From NCBI RefSeq assembly GCF_006345805.1, contig NC_042998.1, positions 7,750,001 through 7,814,000 of the forward strand: a DNA stretch of 64,000 nt, in the 5' to 3' direction. This document shows, piece by piece, positions 25,786 through 38,011 of this stretch. Position 1 is the first letter of the stretch; the number at the start of each line of letters is the position of its first letter. The notes below the pieces were generated by a model. That model saw only the letters and a program-made list of their open reading frames with translations. It made no database searches and was not told where the DNA came from. This DNA comes from Octopus sinensis. Taxonomy: Eukaryota. The translations under genes were made by a program, and so were the position numbers.

Positions 25786-27315
25786 GAAGGTGATGGTATC
25801 CAGTGCTATAAAATGAAAAAGAAAATCCGAAGGGTAAGAATGGTCCTAAACTCAGAATTAAATGCTGCTAACAGAATGAATGCGATCAATTCTTTGGTCA
25901 TATCAGTAACCACTTCAGAATATAAGTGAAGACTCGCTGATATGCAAAATATGGATGGAAAGATCCATAAAATCTCTACAAGGTACCGAATGCGCCATCC
26001 AAAATCCGATATAAACAGGTTTTATCTCCCAAGAAAAATAGGTGAAAGACGCTTGATATAGCTCGAATAATCCTTCAAATAAGCAATAATAGGCCTAGAA
26101 ACGTATCTTAATACAAGTGATGTGCTCTTACGAACTGCACTGAAGCTTGAAGATTCCAAGCAAGCTTCAGTCATGAAGCTTAGTCAGAAATTCAAAGGAT
26201 CAGTTGGCCTTCAAGTTGACATTAAGAATGACCAAAGACACACAAATACCGACAGGCTTACCATTGCTTCTCTTGATTTAGAAATCAACAGTCAGAAAGA
26301 CTAAAGAGATCCAAATAGTGAAAAACCTATCATTGATGCAAAAAGCGTCAAACAAAAAGCAAAGAAGGCTCGCATGAATAATATCGAAGAGAACTTGAAA
26401 GGTAAACTCCTGCATGGAAAATACCTTAACCACCTGTCCAAGCCAGATGTTGATCAAAATCTAACATACCAATAGCTACAAGGGACAGGTCTGAAGGGAG
26501 AAACAGAAGGTTTTGTTATTGCAACGCAAGATCAGAGTTTACCTACCAGAAACTACCATACAAACGTCCTTAAAGATGGATCTGACCTCTCATGCAGAAT
26601 TTGCGGAAAATTCACAGAGACAATTGATCGCGTTGTTTCTGGTTGTTCAGTCCTCACTAAAAAGGACTACCTCATAAGACATGACAGACTAGGAAAGTAA
26701 TCCACTGGAATGGTTGTAAATATCAGAAAATTAAATCCCATGAGAAGTGATACAGGCACCACCCAGGGGATGTAGTAAATTGCGAGGGCGTCACCATCCT
26801 TTGGAACTTCCCAATACAGACAGAAAAATTCACTCCAGTTGACCAGACATTGTGATCAAGGACTACAACAGAGGAACTTGTCTGTTAATAGATATGTCTG
26901 TCCCACAAGATCAATATATTTCAAGAAAGGAATATAAAAAGTTTTCTCACTATAAAGATCTACAAATTGAAATCACAAAAATGTAGAAGCTTAGTACTAG
27001 GACAATACCAGTAGTAATTGTTGCGCTGAGAATGGTAAAGAAGAGAGATGAGAAGTATATTAAGCAACTCCTCGTAACTCCAATCTCTGTGAACTACAAA
27101 CGATAACCTTGAGGAGTATAGCCCGTATACTGCGGAAAGCACCCTCCATCTAAAATGGAATAAATATGATGATAATTTTAGCATGCATAGCAAAACAAAA
27201 GTGCCCTTGCTACTCTTGGCCTCCAGAGGATACTCGGTACTAAGGCAGCTGAAATAAAGTTATAATGATAGGAAACCATAAATAACAACAACAACAATAA
27301 TAATAATAATAATAA
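25786..27315 (+). pseudogene. 5'-truncated R4/Dong-like RLE retrotransposon (RT C-terminus, CCHC knuckle, RLE)
   Basis: RVRMVLNSELNAANRMNAINSL; HPKSDINRFYLPRKIG; GLKGETEGFVIATQDQSLPTRNY; CRICGKFTETIDRVVSGC (26593-26649); PDIVIKD..LLIDMSVP. Many stops and frameshifts; bounded by (AAT)n on both sides. Confidence 0.9.
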
Positions 27316-27748
27316 CCACTTTATTTTGGTACAATCGCGATGGACGAGGGGTTGTGATTATAAAATCACTGAAGTGAAAATGTTCGATAAAAATTTCATT
27401 CAACCAAAGTTATGTTTTATGAGTCAGGCTACAAATCAGCCTATTACGTTCAATCACTAAGCACTGAGGCATAACTGCGAGGTTGCCTATAAAAACGACA
27501 TTACAAATATATGACAGATGTAAAATGTGTGGGAGAAGATGTGAGTGAAAGGAAGAGGTAAATGGATGTGTTATAGTTTGGTTTCACACTATATCTGAGT
27601 ATTTAAGACATGCCACCTTTATGCTAACGATAAACGAAACATCCAGCTGCCACCCTCCTGTGGTTAGAAATAGCCAAAGGAATGATTACATATTTCTCGC
27701 TTGAACTGTTTTGTAATTTTATATAGTAAATACGGTGGACAGATAGCT

Positions 27749-27749
27749 A

Positions 27750-27793
<44 letters not shown>

Positions 27794-28009
27794 AAAAAGA
27801 AAGAGAGAGAGAAAGAAAGAAAGAAGGAAATAAATAGAGAAAGAAAGAAAAGAAAGAAAGAAAGAAAGAAAGAAAGAAAAGAAAGAAAGAAAGAAGGAAA
27901 AGAAAGAAAGAAAGAAGGAAAGAAAGAAGGAAAGAAAGAAAGAAAGAAAGAAAGAAGGAAAAGAAAAAGGAAAAGAAAAAGGAAAAGAAAGAAAGAAAAG
28001 AAAAAGGAA

Positions 28010-28045
<36 letters not shown>

Positions 28046-28046
28046 A
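27749..28046 (+). repeat. (GAAA)n polypurine tract, about 300 bp
   Basis: Directly visible. Confidence 0.95.
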
Positions 28047-28499
28047 CTGGACAGACAGAGGAAGATAGAAACTTGTTTCAATCGCCCCCTGCTCTATAGC
28101 AAGAAATGCTAGAAGTCGCAACCAAATCTTCCTCAAATGGACTTGGCTGTCGTAAATATAGGTGACATATTTTTGTAGGTTAATGTTATGGATAGGTATA
28201 GATTAAAAAAAGACAGGATTACCGTGGCTGGAATGTCTTTAATAATGTTTACCCAATCAGGGCTCTATTTGGGATAAAATACCAATAATTATAAGTAGTG
28301 TAAGTTGATTGCACAAAGCAATTATTGTGGAGGTACATGGCTTAGTGGTTAGGGTGCTGGACTCATGACCGTAAGATTGTGGTTTCGATTCATGGCAAGG
28401 GCGAAACACTTCATTTTACGTTGTTGTAGTCCAATCAGCTGGTAAAAATGAGTAATCCTGTGACGGGGGGGGGGCATCTCGTCCAGGAATGAGTATAAA

Positions 28500-29135
28500 C
28501 GCTAGAGATATAATCGATATAATCGACCTAATCCGTTTGTCTGTCCCTGTTTGTCCCCTCTGTGTGTATCCCTTTGTGGGCAGTAAAGAAATAGGTATTT
28601 CATCTGCCGCTACGTTCTGACTTCAAATTCCGCCGAGATCGACTTTGCCTTTCAACCCATCAGGGTCGATAAATTAAGTACCAGTTACGCACTGGGGTCG
28701 ATATAATCGACTTAATCTGTCTGTCTGTCCTTGTTTGTCTCCTCTATGTTTAACCCCTTGTGGGTAGTAAAGAAATAGGTATTTCATCTGCCGCTATGTT
28801 CTGAGTTCAAATTCCGCCGAGGTTGACTTTGCCTTTCATCCTTTCGGTGTCGATAAATTAAGTACCAGTTACACACTGGGGTCGATACAATCGACTTAAT
28901 CTGTCTGTCTGTCTGTCCTTGTTTGTGGCCTCTATGTTTAACCTCTTGTGGGCAGTAAAGAAATAGGTATTTTATCTGCCGCTATGTTCTGAGTTCAAAT
29001 TCCGCCGAGGTCGACTTTACTTTTTATCCTTTCGGGTTCGATAATTTAAGCACCAGTGAAACACAGGGCTCGATGTAATCGACCAGTCCCCACCTACAAA
29101 TTTCAGACCTTGTGCCTATAGTAGAAAGGATTATT
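28500..29135 (+). mobile_element. Group B SINE multimer (about 3 units plus terminal alternative tail)
   Basis: AAAGAAATAGGTATTT junction occurs three times; the last unit ends TCGACCAGTCCCCACCTACAAATTTCAGACCTTGTGCC...GGATTATTATT. Confidence 0.85.
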
Positions 29136-29410
29136 ATTAGTAGTAGCAGCAGCGGCAGCAGTAGCAGTAGTTTGATATATAGAACGTACAGCTGAACATA
29201 TATATAAATAATAGACGTTAATTAACCAACACGAAAGCAAACTGCTTAGAGACAAAATATTTAAATATTTCGACGTAACTAAGACTAGTCATATCAAGTG
29301 TCATAATTATAAAATTACGAATGACATACAGCCGTTTATATTACTGGTATTTTGTATATCTGCCAAACTGCATATAATATATACACACACATTATTGTGT
29401 GTGTGTATGT

Positions 29411-29458
<48 letters not shown>

Positions 29459-29741
29459 AAGAGAGAGAGAGACAGAGGGAGAGACATACTCTCTGACAGG
29501 TAGATAGATAAATAAATGAATAAATAAACAACAAGCGAATAAAACGAAAAAGTAAATATATAAAATTACCAAGTATACTACGACTCTTTACATCGCAGGA
29601 CTGTTATACATTCGTGCACACATACATAAACGTATATATATACATATAAAGATCTGTATATACATACACACTCACTCACACACGCATACATACATACATA
29701 CATACATACATACATACATACATACATACATACATACATAC

Positions 29742-29783
<42 letters not shown>

Positions 29784-29908
29784 TGAAAAATTCCTGATTT
29801 CAGTTTACTGTAGTTTCATGTATTGAATCTTAGGTCTCTAATGACAAAATACTAATAAAAAGTCATATAATGATTGTTTACCAATTGAGGATGAGTAGAA
29901 GGGAGAGT

Positions 29909-30237
29909 GAGTGAGCACTCCGTCGGTTGCGACGACGAGGGTCCCAGCTGAAACGATGAACGGAACAGTTTGCTCGTGAAATTAACGTGCAAGTGGCTGA
30001 GCACTTCACAGACACGTGTACCCTTAATGTAGTTCTCAGGGAAATTCAGCGTAACACAGAGTGTGATAAGGCCGGCCCTTTGAAATACAGGTACAACTCA
30101 TTTATTGTCAGCTGAGTGGACTGGAGCAACGTGAAATAGAGTGTTTTGCTCAAGGACACAACGCGTCGCTGGGAATTGAACTCACGACTTTACAATCGTG
30201 AGCCGAATGCCCTAACCACGAAGCCACGCGCCTTTAC
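29909..30237 (-). mobile_element. Group D SINE (CORE-type head) with 13-bp TSD
   Basis: TAGAAGGGAGAGT at 29896-29908 and 30238-30250. Head CGCGTGGCTTCGTGGTTAGGGCATTCGGC...TGTGTCCTTGAGCAAAAC. Confidence 0.85.
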
Positions 30238-30344
30238 TAGAAGGGAGAGTAAAGCTAAACGAAATAGGATAAGAGAAGGGAAATATGTTGTTAAGATGAA
30301 GGATGAAGCAGAACCGTATCGTAGAATGGTCGATCCAAACTTGT

Positions 30345-30761
30345 ATTCTTTTACTTGTTTCAATCATTTTACTGTGGCCATGCTGGAGCACCGCCTTTCG
30401 TCGAGCATATCGACCCCAGGACTTATTCTTTGTAAGCCTACCACTTATTCTATCGGTCTTTTTTGCCGAACCACTAAGTTACGAAGACGTAAACACACCA
30501 GCATCGGTTGTCAAGCGATGTTGGCGGACAAACGCAGACACGCAAACACACACACACACCACACACACACACACCACACACACACACAACACACACACAC
30601 AACACACACACACACACACACACACACAACACACACACACATACATACATACATACATACATACATACATACATACATACATACATACATACATACATAC
30701 ATACATACATACATACATACATACATACATACATACATACATACATACATACATACATACA

Positions 30762-30793
<32 letters not shown>

Positions 30794-30930
30794 CGACGGT
30801 CTTCTTTCAGTTTCCGTCTACCAAATCCACTCACAAGGCTTTGGTCGGCCCGAGGCAATAGTAGAAGCCACTTGCCCGAGGTGCCACGCAGTGGGACTGA
30901 ACCCAGAACCATGTGGTTGGTAAGCAAGCT
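30345..30930 (-). mobile_element. Group A SINE with internal microsatellite expanded to about 250 bp
   Basis: (CA)n(TACA)n at 30540-30790 lies between the two conserved halves. Confidence 0.9.
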
Positions 30931-30984
30931 GCTATCTAAAATATTACAATATTAAGAAATCTCGGTTTCAAATCTTTCAATTTC

Positions 30985-31400
30985 AAGAAAGGTGTTAAGT
31001 CGATTACAACGACCTCAGTGCTCGGCTGGTACATATTTTATCGACTCCAAAAGGATGAAAGACAAAGTCGACCTTGGCAGAATTTGAAATCTGAACGCAA
31101 AGACGGACGAAACGCCGTAGTCACTTTTTCCCAGGGTGTTAACGATTCTACCAGTTTGAAACCATACAATATTAAGAAATGTTTGTTTTATATTTTGGTA
31201 CAAGTGTAGTAATTTCGAGGGAGGGGCTGAGTCGACTACATCGACACCAGTGCTCGATTGGTACTTTAGTTTATCGACTCCGAAAGGATGAAAGGCATAT
31301 TCGACCCCGGTGGAATTTGAACTCAGAGTGTAAAAACGAACAAAATAACGCTAAGCATTTAGCTCAGCGTGCTAACGATTCTTCCAGTTCACCACCTTAG

Positions 31401-31443
<43 letters not shown>

Positions 31444-31605
31444 CCAGCAATTTTGGAGGAGGGTATAAATCGATTACATAGACCCCAGTACTCAACTGGT
31501 TCTTATTTTTTATCAACCCGAAAGGATAAGAGGCAAAGTCGACCCTGGTGGCATTTTAACGTGAAGTCGGAAGAAACGCCGCTAAGCATTTTGTCCGGCG
31601 TTTAG
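30985..31605 (-). mobile_element. Three diverged group B SINE monomers
   Basis: Repeated AAAGTCGACC/GAATTTGAA motifs at about 31065, 31305 and 31540. Confidence 0.75.
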
Positions 31606-32531
31606 GTTGAAATAAACCAGTTGCGTAGTATGTGGACTTCGGATATCATAACAGTCACAGAAATATATTGTGGTTCGAGAAATCGTTAATTATACAGAGA
31701 GGTCACTCTCATTGACTATTTTCAGTTTGTTCCGCTAACAAAGGGTTTGAAACATTTAAGCGTTCTAAATTGTTTATGCACATACGAAGATACAATTTCC
31801 AGATGACAATTAAGAAAAAAGCGATGAAGAAGTATTTCACATCACTCAGAAATACAAAGGCCAGCCGGAATGGTTATTACAATTCATATTCTGACACTAA
31901 ATGAAAATTACAAAGCTTTACTCACGTCTATAACCACATCAATAGGTCTTCGCATTTTCATAACCTCCGTCATTTTAGTAAAGCAATCACTTTAACCAAC
32001 TAATGTTTATCAAAGTAACTAAACAAATCTTGTAATATTTTCAATATTTCAAATCTGCTTCTTAGGATGGATCTTACAATACAACTAATAACCACTGTTC
32101 CTCTCGCATTGTCCTTTCTAACATTGTTCTTCAACATCTTTCATTAAATATAAAATATTTTTAATAGTTCCTCAGCATAATTATGGATATCTGACAGTAC
32201 AGTAGATAGTAGATCATTATGCCAATGTTTTTTCAGCTTCAGTAAATATCTACATTACACTTCGCTCAATAATGATGTCATTTTACTCGTTGTTGGCTGT
32301 ACTTTAATTTAACTTTACTGTCATTTTACATACATATGATGGCTGTCCCCTCGTTATCGAGTATGGCCATTGCACGAAGCCTAACTGTTATCGGTGCTGT
32401 GATAGAATGTGACTTTTTAGCCCAGCTAAAGATCTACAATGTCTTCTACAGAATTGGCAGCTAAAACCTTTACTCTCAATAGCCAGCTGTAGTTGTAACT
32501 GGGTTTCATGTACCTTTGCATGTCGTTTAAG

Positions 32532-32830
32532 TCATCCTGCCTGACAGGTATGATTAGTATGGTGTGTGGCCAGGTTGTCACTCATCTGTCTCGCTTTATG
32601 ACTACGAAGATGACTCTTTAGTCCAGCTTTACTGAGGCAGGGTCTTACACAGACACTGCATGTCAGCATCATAGGAAAACCTTTCCCATCTGGAAGTGTA
32701 ACAGCGATGCCCTTTCTGACATCCCTCCTTACTTTCTCATGCGCAACGCGAGATTTCTCAAAATTAGCTGTCCCCTCGTGCACAATCCTTCTCCACCTGC
32801 TACGATCAATTGCTATGCCCTTACATGCAT
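32532..32830 (-). mobile_element. RTE-BovB-like LINE C-terminal fragment
   Basis: AIDRSRWRRIVHEGTANFEKSRVAHEKVRRDVRK...CSVCVRPCLSKAGLKSHLRSH: DRxxWR motif plus the terminal C2H2 typical of the BovB/RTE group. Confidence 0.75.
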
Positions 32831-33000
32831 ACAAACATGCAGACGCACACAGAGATACTAACTGTAATCGCATTAAACTAAGTGCAAAGATAATTATGAA
32901 TTTTAAAATGAACTGAATGCTTCTTGGTCGATGCCCGTGAAACTTTGCCAGATGTAAACAATCATTTTACCGTTTATTGTACAGTTTATAAAAGGGAAAC

Positions 33001-33047
33001 TGACTTGACCTAGTTTCGAATCTAGTTGCGTTCATCTTCAGAAATCA
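33001..33047 (-). ncRNA. Minimal hammerhead ribozyme motif at a PLE 3' terminus
   Basis: TGATTT-CTGAAGA-T-GAA[CGCAACTAGA]TTC-GAAA-CTAG-GTC/AAGTCA: 6-bp stem I, intact core, quasi-palindromic stem III, GUC triplet. Confidence 0.7.
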
Positions 33048-33120
33048 CGTAGCCGCCTTTCTCACCACTAATATGTGCTTGTATGTATGTGTGTGTGAGT
33101 GTGTGTGAGTGTGAGTGTGA

Positions 33121-33225
<105 letters not shown>

Positions 33226-33525
33226 CAGGCGCACATGTAAGTGTGTGTGCATGTATGTGTGTGTGTGTGTGTGTGTGTATGTAATAAAATAGTGAGATCC
33301 AATAACAACGTGGTACAAACAGTTGGTTAGTCTCAAGACGAGGCTCGTGTAGATAACACAACGTAGATGATAATCGGTGTGGAGTAGGCTTGTGCGGGTA
33401 GAGTGGGGGTGGTATCACTGAAGAGAGGAAGTAGGTGGGGATGAAGAGAGGAAGTAGATGTCAGATGAAGAGAAGAGGGGGTTCAAATGAAGAAAGGAGG
33501 GAGTCAGATAAAGAGAAGAGGGGAG

Positions 33526-33990
33526 TTGAGCGCATGTGACGCAAAGGAGCGAAGAGAGAAGATAAATACTTGTTCACGACGAAGGCTGGAGTCCGGATGG
33601 CTCCTGTGCAAAGACAGTCTGAACACAGACAGATGTAGTGAATGACCGGTAGAGCGGAAATCGCGCGAGACTGGGACGAGTCTGATGTATCGGAGGTGCT
33701 CTGCGAACCAAGTGCCGTTTCGTTTGACCGATGTACAGGGAAAGGCAGAACGAGGGGGAAATGCAGTAAATGAGGTTACTAGAATTGCGGGTAAAGGAGT
33801 CGGTGATGTGATAGGGACGATGATGGGTGTCTGTGAGGATGGTAGTGTTGGAGAAGTAGTACGGCAGCGTGGGCAGGGGCAGGAGAATGAGACAGGCTGG
33901 GAGGTGGGGTTAGAGAAGAAATTGTGGACCAGGAGGTCACGCAGGTTATGGGCTCGTTCGAAGGAGGGAAAGGGTTGGTTAGGGAAGGGA
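33526..33990 (-). pseudogene. Penelope-like element GIY-YIG endonuclease fragment
   Basis: AHNLRDLLVH...CPCPRCRT...HITDSFTRNSSNLIYCISPSFCLSLYIGQTKRHL..FAEHLRYIR..SRDFRSTGHS...EQVFIFSLRSFASHALN, with frameshifts. Confidence 0.9.
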
Positions 33991-34000
33991 TATATATATG

Positions 34001-34283
34001 TTAGTGGTTAGGGCAGCGGACTCGCGGTCGTAGGATCGCGGTTTCGATTCCCAGACCGGGCGTTGTGAGTGTTTATTGAGCGAAAACACCTAAAACCTCT
34101 ACGACGCTCCGGCAGGAGGTGGTGATCCCTGCTGTACTCTTTCACCACTCTTTCTGCCACTCTTTCTTCTGTTGGCCTGCTCGCTTAGCCAGCGGGGTGG
34201 CGTCATTCAAAGGCTAAAACAATGCGATCGCATTGTGACCAGCGATGTGTAACAACATCTGATGGTCTGGTCAGTCACGTGAT
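34001..34283 (+). mobile_element. Group C SINE inserted in (TA)n at the PLE truncation point
   Basis: TTAGTGGTTAGGGCAGCGGACTCGCGGTCG...GTCAGTCACGTGAT. Confidence 0.9.
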
Positions 34284-34832
34284 ATATATATGTATATATA
34301 TATATATATATCCCTTCCCTAACCAACCCTTATATATATAGATATAGATATATAAAACAGTTTAATACCAGTTACAACTGTTTCGGTAGCTTCCCGTTTC
34401 AGACCACTCTGCACAGAAATAATTTTGTATGATAAACTGCACAAGACTTGTATAAGTATGCATGGTTGCAATAATGTGGAATGCCATCTTCAGATCTTCT
34501 CAAACTCAATTACCCTAAATATATTCTATTTTACCCTGAAAAAGTAAATACCCGCATAATCTATCAGTGATATTTAACTACATTTTCTTTAACTATTGGT
34601 AATATATTATGGAATCACATTAAGCATAAGTCTTAACGGGTAGATAGGAGTTCGTATCGAGTTCTTGATAAGGAATACGTCAAAATGTAACTAAAAGCAA
34701 CTTTCCTTTACACGCATGCGCGCATACACACGCATACACACATAATCTCTCTCACACACACGCGCACAGGTATATATAGATATAGATAAAAAGATTGGAA
34801 GAGAGAAAGATAGATAGATAGAGAGAGAGAGA

Positions 34833-34872
<40 letters not shown>

Positions 34873-35360
34873 GGTGAGAAAGAGAGGTATATAGCTTGTT
34901 GTTATTTATAACTATTGAATGCGACTTCGGTGATTCAGTAGATTTGATTTGCATAACTTAATGCTTTACTGGACACTAAGTCAATTAATTAATTATTAGT
35001 GCATTAAACAATGAGTCTGTTTAATTATAAATGCGCATTAAGGTAAACATTATATTATTCTGCTCGAGGAAGTGATAGCAACCTCCATGTTTACTTTTGT
35101 GAAAGTCTCATTCTCTAACAGAAAATATATTAAGGTTGGCTTAACACACACATACATACATACACACACACATTTACCAGTGTGTGGTTGTGATGTGTGT
35201 GTTTGGGATATGTGCGTATGTAGTTGTGTGTGTGTGTGAATGTATGCTGTTTTAAACAGACATACTGGCTCTGTCAAGATAACAAGTTAACCACTACATG
35301 GTCATTCAACCTGTTACAATAACTTGTTAAATCTCTCTCTAATTGCATCCTATAAATGGG

Positions 35361-35745
35361 AAGCACTCCGTCGGTTACGACGATGAGGGTTCCGGTTGAT
35401 CCGAATCAACGGAACAGCCTGCTCGTGAAATTAACGTGTAAGTGGCTGAGCACTCTACAGACACGTGAACCCTTAACGTAGTTCTCGGGGATATTCAGCG
35501 TGACACAGAGAGTGACAAGGCCGGCCCTTTGAAATACAGGTACAACAGAAACAGGAAGTAAGAGTGAGAGAAAGTTGTGGTGAAAGAGTACAGCAGGGAT
35601 CACCACCATCCCCTGCCGGAGCCTCGTGGAGCTTTTTTAGGTGTTTTCGTTCAATAAACACTCACAACGCCCGGTCTGGGAATCGAAACCGCGATCCTAC
35701 GACCGCGAGTCCGCTGCTCTAACCACTGGGCCATTGCGCCTCCAC
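35361..35745 (-). mobile_element. Chimeric SINE: group C head and body with group D tail
   Basis: 35540-35745 matches group C; 35361-35545 (GCACTCCGTCGGTTACGACG...CTTTGAAATACAGGTACAAC) matches the tail of the 29909-30237 copy. Confidence 0.85.
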
Positions 35746-37313
35746 GTTAAACCACTACCAAGACACTAAATATTAGTTGACATTAATGAGTTCTCTGATA
35801 CAGAAGCCCAGGGAGACCACAGCAAGTGTGTTTTCGAAAGCTGACTTGGGTCGTCAGTTTTAACTTAGAGTAAGCTATAATTGCATTTTATCAAAGTTAT
35901 GATAAATATACAGGGTCCATGTATATCTGCAGGAGTGTCTACACTCCAACTGTACCACTAACATTGGTGTCAGAGTGTCTGGAAGTTCAGAGAGAATAAG
36001 GGACTTGCGGCTGAGATTCTCCATGTCCTCTTGCAACTTAGGTTGTATAGAAGAAGTATTTAAAATCAGTCACCCAGTGAAGTTGTATACATATGTGGAT
36101 ATTACATTCGTTTCTATGAGTGTATTTAGCGTGAATATATATTCATCTATTTCTATAAAAGTTACGCGGTATCTATTAAGTTGTACATGCTTCAATTCAC
36201 GTCTGGATTGAAATAAACCTCTAACATTAGACGCAGACTAAATGTCCTTTAATTAGAACTTGAACTATGCGGTGGGTATAACATTCGTAAGAACTATAAA
36301 ACTAAACTACAATCTAATTTCTAATATTATGACCCATTATATTTTAAAGAGAAAAGTTGCTAAGTAGGTCTTCTATACAATAAAATGTTACCTTCGGTAA
36401 TTTTTATCAGTATTCAGAATAAAATGAAAAATTTGTTTGAATTAGATAATTCCTTTACTAATGTAACTTCAAATACAAAAGGTATTTGATCAAACATTTT
36501 GCTTCCCTTTGTTGTCTGGTTTTGTGATTCCTTACTGTAGGTTCAAATCCTAATAAAGTGATGAACGATAAATAAATATAGAAAATCGTACCGCTATGAA
36601 GGAGTCTAAAGATTTGAACATCTTTATTTTAATTTTTAGGTTCAAACCAACAACAATGGTTTGATATATTTCAACAAGCTGCATAAATTAAGGCGACTCA
36701 GTTCACGTAATTCTCAGAAATAGGTACTCGAACGACTCCGATTTTTGTCTATAATATTTACGTACCTCGCATTTGCTTAAGCCTGAGAAATGATCAAAAA
36801 CATTTCCGATTTCCGTATGAGTCGCTGAAAATCTTGCGAGCATTAATGTTTAGTCAAACTGATATGAACAGACTGAAGTTGCGTTTATAATGGCTGTAGC
36901 ATACGCATGTACTGAAAGTGTAGTAAAGAATGACTTGTGTATTTAATTCAACCACCGTTAGCTCGTAATTTTCAAGCCAAAATATCATCTTCTATCAGCC
37001 AACCGTGATCACAAATAATACATTCTATAATACGTTTATGTTCGAAACAAAGATTTACAGATGCTAATTAACCTAGAAGGATCTCACTTCGGAGATATAA
37101 AGGTTTAAAAATAAATTTATAAAGTGGGTGCTGAAGAAGGAAAGAAATGTTTGTGCGTGTTCATGATGTGTTAATTAATCTATTAAATATGTTAATAGTA
37201 TAAATTTACAGTTCTTTTAGCAGATATTTTTCAAAGTTCCAGTATTTACTGAAAATCTCTGATCTGATTCATAAACAGTAGACTGGATGAGATTTCTGAA
37301 AATGTGTTTCTAT

Positions 37314-37670
37314 TCAGTTGTGCGTAATTCGCAGAAATTTGCTCCATATCTGATTATTCATAAATTTATATCGAATGTAATACCATACTTTTCGGGGTCC
37401 AGACATATTTACATTGTTTACTAAGTAAATACAACTCTTTTCCATATTCCTAAAGGCAAACAAAACTAATTTACCTTTCACCATACCAACATGTTTATGC
37501 ACAATGTTTGGTCTGATAGGGATCTGTGCCTCGTCAGTAGTTGTAGCGTTGAATGACAATTTAAGAAAAATTGAATTTGTGTATTCTGAATAAGTTTTCC
37601 TAGCTGAATTAACTGCAACAAAATTTCGCCACAAACCAGTTGCAAAGAAGAACAAAACTTTGCAACTCAT
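37314..37670 (-). CDS. 118-aa non-repetitive ORF; weak resemblance to a Cys-loop receptor N-terminus; possibly a pseudogene, internal exon or chance ORF
   Basis: Longest non-repeat ORF in the window. IRPNIVHKHVGMVKGKLVLFAFRNMEKSCIYLVNNVNM aligns without gaps to the pLGIC RP..V...L.L..I.DVD.....L..NI.L pattern. It also contains a 138-nt phase 1-1 exon-like core (37612-37475; TTGCAG| and AAG|GTAAAT). Confidence 0.25.
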   Translation of the reverse strand: MSCKVLFFFATGLWRNFVAVNSARKTYSEYTNSIFLKLSFNATTTDEAQIPIRPNIVHKHVGMVKGKLVLFAFRNMEKSCIYLVNNVNMSGPRKVWYYIRYKFMNNQIWSKFLRITHN

Positions 37671-37985
37671 ACCAGATATAATTTCAGTTTTTTATTTATT
37701 TTATTTTAAATGCGTTATTTGCTATTTTAGATCTAAAATTTTCACTTACATATAATCTGTTTCTGTTCTTAATCAGACCACATGAAAATAACTCACCCTA
37801 AACTATTTATAATTAAAGAGAAATGAGATTTTAATTTTACTTTAAATTTAACCTAGAAACTCTGACTGGAACTTTCCATCGCTATTATAAATAAATTTTT
37901 TCATAAAACAAGTATAATACGCGATATATTTGATTTGAGTTTCCTTCATTCAATTAAAAATTGTTCGAAAAATATTCTGTTACAG

Positions 37986-38011
37986 GAAGCTGAAGGCAAG
38001 AAATACAAACG
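37986..38011 (+). CDS. Possible 26-nt micro-exon, unverified
   Basis: TATTCTGTTACAG|GAAGCTGAAGGCAAGAAATACAAACG|GTAAGG; splice signals only. Confidence 0.12.
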
